Shown: piece by piece, positions 20,254 to 28,359 of the stretch
Layout of the letters: the number at the start of each line of letters is the position of its first letter
Position numbering within the stretch: position 1 is the first letter of the stretch
Assembly (NCBI GenBank): GCA_021771185.1
Contig: JAETPN010000001.1
Span: 107,008-171,007 of the forward strand
Origin: Bacillota bacterium
GTDB lineage: Bacteria > Bacillota_I > Bacilli_A > RF39 > UBA660
Length of the DNA: 64,000 nt
Direction of reading: 5' to 3'
Notes under the pieces: generated by a model
Database searches by the model: none
Told to the model about the DNA's origin: nothing
The model's input: only the letters and a program-made list of their open reading frames with translations
Made by a program: the position numbers and the translations under genes

Positions 20254-20697
20254 TCACCCCTTTCTATGATATTTTTTCACGAATTGTTTATTTCTTTGAT
20301 TCTTTGGCGTTTTGATTTCTCTTTTAGAATGTCCCATATTAGATACAAAAGAACGAAGTGTTGAATTTTCTTCTAATGTTTTTACTTTTCTTTCTTTTAC
20401 GTCTATATTATCTATATTATTTTTAAGTTGTGTGATTAATTCTCTAATATCTTGATAGATAATTCTTTCTTCATTACTATATAGACCAAACGTTGTATCT
20501 GTAATATTAGATGACATTTCTATATGAACAACCTGTTCTAAACCATATTCATGAATAAGATTCATAAACTCTTCATCAAAATTTTTTGGTAGAATTAAGG
20601 TTACTTTTCTTATGCCAAATTGACACGCTAGTAATAAACATTCCCTAGTAAGTGGTGAAACTTCTTTTTGCTCTAAAAAAATGTTATATTCTCCCAT
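20254..20697 (-). CDS. Hypothetical protein
   Basis: ORF with AGGAG RBS immediately upstream of rnc; no recognised motif. Confidence 0.65.
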   Translation of the reverse strand: MGEYNIFLEQKEVSPLTRECLLLACQFGIRKVTLILPKNFDEEFMNLIHEYGLEQVVHIEMSSNITDTTFGLYSNEERIIYQDIRELITQLKNNIDNIDVKERKVKTLEENSTLRSFVSNMGHSKREIKTPKNQRNKQFVKKYHRKG

Positions 20698-20801
20698 GAT
20701 TTTTCTCCTTCTTACCGTTTCTATTTTACCATAAACTATCAAGTTTTCAAGTTTTAATTTACATTAGAATAATATTTTAGTATAATAAATATGTGATTAA
20801 A

Positions 20802-21026
20802 ATGAAAAAAATATTAATTATGATCATTAAAGGATATCAACATATCCCAGGTCCTTGGCACCAAATGTGTAGATATACACCTACATGTTCTAATTATGCG
20901 ATTGAAGCTTTAGAAACCCATGGCGTATTAAAGGGAAGCATTTTAAGTGCGAAACGAATCTTACGTTGTGCCCCTTGGGGTGGCAAAGGATATGATCCTG
21001 TACCAAAAAAAGGAGAATGGAAATGA
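20802..21026 (+). CDS. yidD: Membrane protein insertion efficiency factor
   Basis: [19 protein letters not shown]...RILRCAPW...GYDPVP. Confidence 0.93.
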   Translation: MKKILIMIIKGYQHIPGPWHQMCRYTPTCSNYAIEALETHGVLKGSILSAKRILRCAPWGGKGYDPVPKKGEWK

Positions 21027-21892
21027 AAAAAATAGCTTTCATCAGTTGCCTACTGATAATTTCTATGAGTGTTAGTGGATGTTTAAAAAGAGATAATTTA
21101 GAAGATATTACAATCTATACAACAATTTATCCTTTTGAATATATTACAAATAAACTTTATGGAGAACATAGTACAGTTTCTAGTATTTATCCAGATGGTG
21201 GAAATCCTTTCGAATATAAATTAACAAAAAAACAGATTAAAGACTATAGTAAATCTAGTTTATTCATATTTAATGGGCTTAGTTCAGAAAAAGAATATGT
21301 TGCACCTATGTTAAAAAACAATAAAAATATGAAAATTATCGATCCATCACTCACCATGGAATATTCTCACGACATCAAAGAACTATGGCTTGATCCATCT
21401 AATTTCTTAATGCTATCGCAAAACATAAAAAATGGTTTATTAGAATATATTAATAATCATTATTTAAAAAATGAAATTATAGAAGAATATAATAATTTAA
21501 AAATTGAAGTTTCAAATATTGATGCAAAGCTAAAATTATTAAGCGAAAGCTCTAATAATCCAACAATTGTTGTATCAAATGACCTATTTAAATTCTTAGA
21601 AAAATATAATCTTAACGTTATTTCTTTAGAAGAAAATGAAAATTTAATGGATAAAACAATTTATGATGTAATAAATTTAATTGAGCGTGGTCAAATTAGT
21701 TATATTTTTACGGATCAAAATGAATCAGTAAATGAAACAGTAAAAAGAATTCAAGAACAAACCGGCGTAGAACTTATTCAAATTCATAACTTATCTAATA
21801 TCACAGAAGAAGAAAGAAATGCAAAAAAAGACTATATCTCTATTATGAATGATAACATTGAATTATTAAAAAATGAATTATATGATGAATAA
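21023..21892 (+). CDS. ZnuA/AdcA-family solute-binding lipoprotein (His ligands absent)
   Basis: Lipobox VSGC; [26 protein letters not shown]. Confidence 0.85.
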   Translation: MKKIAFISCLLIISMSVSGCLKRDNLEDITIYTTIYPFEYITNKLYGEHSTVSSIYPDGGNPFEYKLTKKQIKDYSKSSLFIFNGLSSEKEYVAPMLKNNKNMKIIDPSLTMEYSHDIKELWLDPSNFLMLSQNIKNGLLEYINNHYLKNEIIEEYNNLKIEVSNIDAKLKLLSESSNNPTIVVSNDLFKFLEKYNLNVISLEENENLMDKTIYDVINLIERGQISYIFTDQNESVNETVKRIQEQTGVELIQIHNLSNITEEERNAKKDYISIMNDNIELLKNELYDE

Positions 21893-21959
21893 AGTTGACT
21901 TCTCTTTCAATTTATGATAAAGTTAAAAGGCGTAGAAAAAAACTTAAAGGAGGGAAATT

Positions 21960-22136
21960 ATGGCTAAAAAATTAACAAACAGAAAACCAAATTTTGCAAA
22001 TAATAGATCTCATGCATTAAATGCAACAAAAAAGAAGCAAGGACTTAACTTACAAAAAGTAAAATTAGAAAATGGAAAAACAGTTCGAATTAGTGCAAGA
22101 GAATTAAGAACATTAAAAAAATTAGAAGCTGCATAA
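21960..22136 (+). CDS. rpmB: 50S ribosomal protein L28 (58 aa, not in ORF track)
   Basis: AAGGAGG RBS; [36 protein letters not shown]...RISARELRT. Confidence 0.93.
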   Translation: MAKKLTNRKPNFANNRSHALNATKKKQGLNLQKVKLENGKTVRISARELRTLKKLEAA

Positions 22137-22413
22137 AAGATATTAACAATATCTTTTTTTGTTTGCAAAAAAGAAAGTTCATACCGTAGTACCAAACTTT
22201 CTTTCTAAAGACATACTATATCTTCCTTTCTTTTGTAGGAGTGTTTATTGTTTCTATATCATTTTGTTTATTACCTCTTTGTTGTCATTCGTCTTTTTAT
22301 TTTTTATCACTTCCCTTCAACAATTTAAGTATATCAATCAAATGTGACTGTTTCATGAAAGAAATATGAAATTTTTTTATAAAAAAAGAACTGATACATT
22401 TCAATTCTTTTTA

Positions 22414-24570
22414 TTAATCTTCTGGATTTAATAAAGTTAATGAAACTTTTTTCTTTTCTGGAAAGATTTCTTCTACATAACAATCAACAATATCACCAAC
22501 ATGTAATACTTCTTTTGGATGACGAATATATTCTTTTGTTATTTTAGATATATGGGCTAAACCATCATTTTTAATACCAATATCAATAAATGCACCAAAA
22601 TCAACAACATTTCGAACCGTTCCCTGTAATTTCATTCCAGGTTTTAAATCCTCTAATTTTAAAATATCGCTTTTTAATAATGGTTTTGGCATCTCATCAC
22701 GAGGATCGCGATTTGGTTTTAATAAACTTTTTACGATATCTTCCACCGTATATTTGTCAGAATGAATTTTTAAAGCCATGGTATCAATATCGATATGTTC
22801 TAATTTTATTTGCATCTTTTCTGTCCCTATTTCACTCATACTAGCACCAATCTCTTTTAATAATTGATGAGTAGTTTCATAGCTTTCAGGATGGATTCCA
22901 GTATGGTCTAAAATGTTTTCAGAGTCAGGAATTCTTAAAAAACCAATCGCCTGAGTAAATACTTTATCACTCAATAATTTTTTCTTTTTCATTTCCTCTC
23001 TTGTTGTAATTTTTCCATACTGATCACGATAAGATAAAATTTTATCAATTGTTTTTTGTGTTAATCCAGAAACATATTTTAATAAAGATGCACTAGCAGT
23101 ATTTAAATTAACCCCTACTTGATTTACTGATTTCTGAACGACAAAATCTAAAGATTCAGATAATTTTTTGTTAGAAACATCGTGTTGATATAAACCAACA
23201 CCAATACTTTCTGGATCAATTTTAACAAGTTCTGAAAGTGGGTCTTGAAGACGACGACCAATACTAATAGCACTTCGCTCTTCTACATGTAAATCTGGAA
23301 ATTCTTTAATTGCTAATTTGGATGCAGAATAAACACTAGCACCTGCTTCATTAACAATAATATATTCTACTTTATGTTTTGTGTAAGACTTAATACAATC
23401 TGCAATAAAGGCTTCACTTTCACGAGATGCAGTCCCATTTCCTATAGCAACAATATCAATATGATATTGATCAAATAATTCTAAAATTTTCTGTTTACTT
23501 TCCTGATATTGTTTTTTAGGTTCATGAGGATAAATAACAGCAATTTTTTCTGGTTTCCCTGTAGGTGTTAAAATAGCTAATTTACATCCCGTTCGATACG
23601 CTGGATCGAATCCTAAAACTACACGATCTTTCATTGGTGGTTGCATCAATAATTTTTCTAAGTTGTCGCTAAAATTTTCTATTGCAGTCTCTTCCGCTTT
23701 TTCAAAAGCTTCCGCTCTGATTTCTCTTTCAATACTTGGTTTAATCAGCCTTTTATAACTATCCAAAATAGCTTCCTTTACCGCATCCACAACAAATGAA
23801 TTACGACCACGAATCACTTTTTCTTCTAAAAATGCAAGAATAGGCTCTATATCTACATCAATATTTACCGTTAATACTTTCTCTTTTTCTCCACGGTTTA
23901 ACGCAAGAACTCTATGAGACTTTATACTTTTGACTGGTTCTTGATAGTCATAATACATCTCATATGTCTTTAGTTCATCTAGCGCATTTTTCTTCTTCTT
24001 ACTTACAAACATTCCTTGAAAAAATGTTTGCTTTCTAATCCATTTACGATAATAAGCATTATCACTTATATATTCTGCAATAATATATTTGGTACCTGTT
24101 TGTGCCTCTTCTATTGTTTTTACTTTATCACTAAGATATGGTTTTGATAACGATTCAAGATTTCCTGTGGTTGGGAAAGACATCATTTTCTTAGCTAAAG
24201 GTTCTAAACCTAAAGCGATAGCTTCTGTTGCTTTCGTTTTCTTCTTCTCTTTATATGGACGGTATAAATCTTCTACCTCTACTAACTTTTGGGCTTCCAT
24301 AATTTTCTTTTGTAAATCCTCAGTAAGCATACCCTTTTCATCAATTAATCTGATAACATCTTCTTTTCTTTTTAGTAAATTTACTTGATAGATATATACC
24401 TCATAAATTTTACGAATTTGTTCTTCATCTAACGATCCCGTTGCCTCTTTTCGGTAACGAGAAATAAAAGGGATTGTATTCCCCTCTTCTAATAATTGTA
24501 ATGTAACTTCTACTTGTTTTGATTTTACTTTTAACTCTTCACTAATACGATTAATAATATTTTGATTCAT
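22414..24570 (-). CDS. tex: Tex family RNA-binding transcriptional accessory protein
   Basis: GNTIPFISRYRKEATG, DPAYRTGCK, GNGTASRE, C-terminal S1 domain. Confidence 0.95.
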   Translation of the reverse strand: MNQNIINRISEELKVKSKQVEVTLQLLEEGNTIPFISRYRKEATGSLDEEQIRKIYEVYIYQVNLLKRKEDVIRLIDEKGMLTEDLQKKIMEAQKLVEVEDLYRPYKEKKKTKATEAIALGLEPLAKKMMSFPTTGNLESLSKPYLSDKVKTIEEAQTGTKYIIAEYISDNAYYRKWIRKQTFFQGMFVSKKKKNALDELKTYEMYYDYQEPVKSIKSHRVLALNRGEKEKVLTVNIDVDIEPILAFLEEKVIRGRNSFVVDAVKEAILDSYKRLIKPSIEREIRAEAFEKAEETAIENFSDNLEKLLMQPPMKDRVVLGFDPAYRTGCKLAILTPTGKPEKIAVIYPHEPKKQYQESKQKILELFDQYHIDIVAIGNGTASRESEAFIADCIKSYTKHKVEYIIVNEAGASVYSASKLAIKEFPDLHVEERSAISIGRRLQDPLSELVKIDPESIGVGLYQHDVSNKKLSESLDFVVQKSVNQVGVNLNTASASLLKYVSGLTQKTIDKILSYRDQYGKITTREEMKKKKLLSDKVFTQAIGFLRIPDSENILDHTGIHPESYETTHQLLKEIGASMSEIGTEKMQIKLEHIDIDTMALKIHSDKYTVEDIVKSLLKPNRDPRDEMPKPLLKSDILKLEDLKPGMKLQGTVRNVVDFGAFIDIGIKNDGLAHISKITKEYIRHPKEVLHVGDIVDCYVEEIFPEKKKVSLTLLNPED

Positions 24571-24595
24571 AAAACGCCTCTTTCTGGTTGGTCAA

Positions 24596-25015
24596 CTAAC
24601 TATTTGCACGAATAAAGTCACGAATCTTCTCATCGTTGGTATATCCACTCGTATATACATCAATTTTTCCCTTTTTTATAAAAACAACCATGGGAACTTC
24701 ATAACTTTCCTTCGTTAATTTATCTGCATCCATAAATTTCATTGCTTCTTCATCATTTTTAAACTTTGTTGTATCTAAATATTTTACTTTAACGTCTAAT
24801 TCATTTAAAATTGCATTTAAACTTTTTTTAAATTTTGCAGAAATATCATCATTACTATCAATATAAACTAATGCATCTTGTTTTTTATTCTTTAATTCTA
24901 AATAATCCGCAAGTGTGATTTCTTTTAAATAATTTTTTTCTTCTTTCTTTCCACATCCAGTCATCAAACTAATACCAAGTATACATACGGCCATTAAAAT
25001 TCCTACTTTTTTCAT
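24596..25015 (-). CDS. Thioredoxin-fold lipoprotein lacking CxxC
   Basis: Lipobox MTGC; VPMVVFIKKGK Trx-like strand; no CxxC. Confidence 0.65.
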   Translation of the reverse strand: MKKVGILMAVCILGISLMTGCGKKEEKNYLKEITLADYLELKNKKQDALVYIDSNDDISAKFKKSLNAILNELDVKVKYLDTTKFKNDEEAMKFMDADKLTKESYEVPMVVFIKKGKIDVYTSGYTNDEKIRDFIRANS

Positions 25016-25052
25016 TTTATCCCCTACTTTCTATTTATATTATAACATACAT

Positions 25053-26258
25053 TTAATATTTTCGATGAATTTTTCTTGTGTTTGAAAGACCATTTTTGAT
25101 AATTTCATGTCCATACTTTTCTTTTAATTGATCTAACGTTTGATCTAATTTTGTGGAATCATCTCTTTGATCTATATTTTCAAATAAAGAAATTTGATAA
25201 TTTGCCTTGTTTTCTAATTGATCTAATCGAACACCAACCAAACGTATGGCTTGCCCACCATACATCTCTTCAAATAATTCTAATGCAACTGCACGAATTT
25301 CGTTAGTAACATTCGTCGCGTTTTTTAATTTTTTTTGATGAGAAGTCGTTTTAAAAAAATTATCCTTTAACATCACACCTACGACATGAGCATATTGTTT
25401 TTCCTTACGAAGAGCAATACTTACATTATCAGCAATGGTTACAACAATTTTTGCTAATTCTTCTTTATTTCTAATATCACGAGATAACGTAGTAGAATTA
25501 CTAATTCCTTTTGGCATAGATGCTTCACTAACAACCTCAGATTCATCTATCCCATTGGCATGAAGAACCATCGAATACGCCTGATTTTTAAAATAAGGAT
25601 ATAACTTTTCTGCATCTGTATTTGCTAAAGATCCAATCGTAGTAATTCCTAAATCAATTAATTTAGCACTTGTCTTCTTTCCAATACCAAATAGTTTACC
25701 AATAGGAAGAGGCCACATTTTTTCTGATACTTCCTTAGAATATAATGTATGAATTTTATAAGGTTTCGTAAAATCAGAAGCCATTTTTGCACATAATTTA
25801 TTTTCAGCAATCCCAATGTTTACAGTAAATTTTAAAGTATCTAAAATTTCTTTTTGAATTTTTTTAGCAAATTCATAGGGATCCCCATATAAATTTTTTA
25901 CCTTTGTATAATCTAGATAACATTCATCAATAGATACAACTTCAATATCCGGTGAATATGCACTAAGAAGTTGAAATAAAGATTTTGACATATGTTGATA
26001 CCACTTATAATTTGGAGGATATACACGGATTGATGGACACTTCTTGCGTGCACTATAAAGAGTTTCCGCAGTCACAACGCCCATTTTTTTTGCAGGCATA
26101 GATTTTGCTAAAACAATCCCACGTCTAGCTTGTTCATCCCCACCAATCACTGCATATCCTTCACGAATATCATACTTACTTCCATGATTTAATAAATCAA
26201 TCGCTGTCCAGGATAAAAAGGCATTATTTACATCAATATGCATAATCACTCGTTCCAT
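25053..26258 (-). CDS. dinB: DNA polymerase IV
   Basis: MHIDVNNAF, SIDECYLD, NKLCAKMASDFTKP, LFGIGKKT. Confidence 0.95.
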   Translation of the reverse strand: MERVIMHIDVNNAFLSWTAIDLLNHGSKYDIREGYAVIGGDEQARRGIVLAKSMPAKKMGVVTAETLYSARKKCPSIRVYPPNYKWYQHMSKSLFQLLSAYSPDIEVVSIDECYLDYTKVKNLYGDPYEFAKKIQKEILDTLKFTVNIGIAENKLCAKMASDFTKPYKIHTLYSKEVSEKMWPLPIGKLFGIGKKTSAKLIDLGITTIGSLANTDAEKLYPYFKNQAYSMVLHANGIDESEVVSEASMPKGISNSTTLSRDIRNKEELAKIVVTIADNVSIALRKEKQYAHVVGVMLKDNFFKTTSHQKKLKNATNVTNEIRAVALELFEEMYGGQAIRLVGVRLDQLENKANYQISLFENIDQRDDSTKLDQTLDQLKEKYGHEIIKNGLSNTRKIHRKY

Positions 26259-26282
26259 CTATCTCACCTGTATTTATTATAC

Positions 26283-26296
26283 CGAACAAAAATTCG
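26283..26296. promoter_or_regulatory. LexA (Cheo) box upstream of dinB
   Basis: CGAACAAAAATTCG, one mismatch to CGAAC-N4-GTTCG, within the promoter. Confidence 0.7.
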
Positions 26297-26346
26297 CTTG
26301 TAAAGATTTTTAACAAAGAAAAAAACACGATGTGTCGTGTTTCATG

Positions 26347-27300
26347 TTATTCAACAGTTACTGTAACTTGTCCATAGGTCCCTGTTACTGCTGGGGTACC
26401 TGGGCCCATACCAAGAATATTACTCCAATCAAATGGTTTTCCCGTTTTATTAACAATTTTTGTTAATGTTGTATTATTATAAAATGCTCTTTCACCAATA
26501 CTTGTGACATTCTCTGGTATAACCACACTTGTTAGTAGATTATAAGAAAACGCAGCAGATTCAATACTTGTTACACTATCTGGTATTACCACACTAGTTA
26601 ATTGATTAGGGATAATTTCAGGACCACTTGATAATGAACCATCATGTGAAAAAGCGAAGGCCCCAATTTGGGTCACAGTGATTCCTTTAATCGTACTTGG
26701 AATGACGATATCTGTATCCTCTCCATTATAACCTGTAATCAGACCGTTCCCATTCATTGCAAAAAGATCATCTGGTGTTGTTATGATACTATTCGATGTT
26801 TTTTGTTCATAATTTAGTTTAAAAGTTATACTCGTACTTGTAGATGGCACAGTCGTTGCATCTGCCTTCCATACTACTTTTATTTGAATCTTTTTTTGCT
26901 CACCAGCATTTAATGGAACTATTCCATCAATGCCTATCGCAGAATAAGTAATATCCTCGGAACCATTAGAACCATCTTCTAAGAATTCACTACCAACTAA
27001 TTCAGCATCAATGGTACCTTTATTTTCTACGATTATATCATATAACGCACTACTTCCTGGTTTTTCTAAGTCTACTGTAAAATTTGCTGACGTTGAATCA
27101 ACAACTTCTTTGGTAATTGTTTTCGCATTTACCATCATATTTTCTTCAATTTTTGTGATTTCAATTTTAAAATCTCCCATAACTCCTGATGTCCCTGTAA
27201 TCGTTAAGATCTGACTTAAAGTGGCATATCCTACAGCTAATCCAACAGTTATTACACAAAGGGCACCGATGATCATTTTTTGTTTTTTTCTTGTTTTCAT
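26347..27300 (-). CDS. Surface protein: TasA/camelysin-like N-domain + short BspA-type LRR
   Basis: Signal ending GYA, LEKPGSS...VENKGTIDA, LTSVVIPDSVTSIE-type repeats. Confidence 0.85.
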   Translation of the reverse strand: MKTRKKQKMIIGALCVITVGLAVGYATLSQILTITGTSGVMGDFKIEITKIEENMMVNAKTITKEVVDSTSANFTVDLEKPGSSALYDIIVENKGTIDAELVGSEFLEDGSNGSEDITYSAIGIDGIVPLNAGEQKKIQIKVVWKADATTVPSTSTSITFKLNYEQKTSNSIITTPDDLFAMNGNGLITGYNGEDTDIVIPSTIKGITVTQIGAFAFSHDGSLSSGPEIIPNQLTSVVIPDSVTSIESAAFSYNLLTSVVIPENVTSIGERAFYNNTTLTKIVNKTGKPFDWSNILGMGPGTPAVTGTYGQVTVTVE

Positions 27301-27323
27301 ATTCTTACTCCTATTCTAAAATC

Positions 27324-27354
27324 ATTATATCCCCCCCCCATTTCAAATTGTCAA
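27324..27354 (-). promoter_or_regulatory. SigA promoter with G9 homopolymer in spacer
   Basis: TTGACA-atttgaaat-GGGGGGGGG-a-TATAAT (19-nt spacer). Confidence 0.8.
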
Positions 27355-27470
27355 TGTTTTTGTAAAATCAAAAAAAATACTTTCCCATCTTAATAGTCAT
27401 GGATCATTTTCAAGACTTAAAATTAAAATCTTAAAAAAAATGTGTATAACACATTTTTTCTATTCAAATA

Positions 27471-27620
27471 TTAAAAAAGTGGTAAAATCATTAAAGTTCT
27501 CATATAACTTCCTATATTAATTCCCAGAGAATAAATGAAATAACATACATAACCAAAAGCTGGTAAAAAAAGAGCTAAAGAAAAAATAAATAACAACCAT
27601 TCTTTTATTTTAATGGACAT
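27471..27620 (-). CDS. Candidate immunity peptide (49 aa, hydrophobic, not in ORF track)
   Basis: AGGAG 10 nt before ATG; MSIKIKEWLLFIFSLALFLPAFGYVCYFIYSLGINIGSYMRTLMILPLF; overlaps end of peptide B. Confidence 0.55.
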   Translation of the reverse strand: MSIKIKEWLLFIFSLALFLPAFGYVCYFIYSLGINIGSYMRTLMILPLF

Positions 27621-27772
27621 AGATTTTGTTCTCCTATTCTTCTTAATGCACTTCCTAGGCTACGACCAATATCTACAAAGGCACTAACTCCTCGAACAAT
27701 ATAATTAATCATACTAGCACTAATACTCCCACCTTCAATACATTCTAATTCTGCTTTTGTTAATATTTTCAT
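27605..27772 (-). CDS. Double-glycine leader peptide B (bacteriocin-like)
   Basis: MKILTKAELECIEGG leader; AAAGGA RBS; core SISASMINYIVRGVSAFVDIGRSLGSALRRIGEQNLCPLK. Confidence 0.85.
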   Translation of the reverse strand: MKILTKAELECIEGGSISASMINYIVRGVSAFVDIGRSLGSALRRIGEQNLCPLK

Positions 27773-27782
27773 AGGATCCTTT

Positions 27783-27923
27783 CTATCTACATGGAAGTGG
27801 TCGAACAAATCCATCAATCACTCCAATAAGAAACGCAACGCCTGCAGTAATGATTAATCCTGTAGTAAAACCAATTCCACCACCTTCAATCTTCTGTAAT
27901 TCTTCATTCTTTAATTGTTTCAT
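27783..27923 (-). CDS. Double-glycine leader peptide A (bacteriocin-like, not in ORF track)
   Basis: MKQLKNEELQKIEGG leader; AAAGGA RBS; core GIGFTTGLIITAGVAFLIGVIDGFVRPLPCR. Confidence 0.85.
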   Translation of the reverse strand: MKQLKNEELQKIEGGGIGFTTGLIITAGVAFLIGVIDGFVRPLPCR

Positions 27924-28359
27924 ATACATCCTTTTCTAACTTCTGTAAAATGATTCTAAAAAGTGTCGTTTTATCTCCTTCAAAATATACCTCTACCTTA
28001 TTATTTTCTATTTTTAATTCTTTAGGTAGAGAAACACTCAAATACACTTCATGAAAAACATCTAAAGAAGCATCAATGGTATAAGCTTCCTTGATTTTGG
28101 TATAGGCTAAAGGATAGCTTTTTTCATTAATCCATACGTTTTTACGATTTAATTTACCTACCTCTTTTTCACTACTATAAATTTTAACATAATATTCATT
28201 TTCTATTTTCGTAACAAAACCCATGTAATATTGTTTCTGTTTAAATGGAATACATAAGCTTAAAAAGAAGCTAAAAAGTAGAAAAATTATAAAGCTCAAC
28301 CAAAGTAAAATATATCGTGGTGTTTTGCTTTCAATCACAAGCCATTTATTTTGATACAT
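27904..28359 (-). CDS. Exporter accessory protein (short HlyD/LcnD-like)
   Basis: N-terminal TM; C-terminal KTTLFRIILQKL; located between PCAT and peptides. Confidence 0.6.
   Translation of the reverse strand: MYQNKWLVIESKTPRYILLWLSFIIFLLFSFFLSLCIPFKQKQYYMGFVTKIENEYYVKIYSSEKEVGKLNRKNVWINEKSYPLAYTKIKEAYTIDASLDVFHEVYLSVSLPKELKIENNKVEVYFEGDKTTLFRIILQKLEKDVYETIKE

Noticed and set aside
22205-22345. Possible small gene downstream of tex (RBS-like GAAGGGAAGTG on minus strand)
   Set aside because: Only an 18-codon frame follows and other frames are interrupted; cannot support a gene or a cmpA-like call
22010-22347. Track ORFs 22010..22195 and 22159..22347
   Set aside because: The first is antisense to the real rpmB; the second is low-complexity with no RBS
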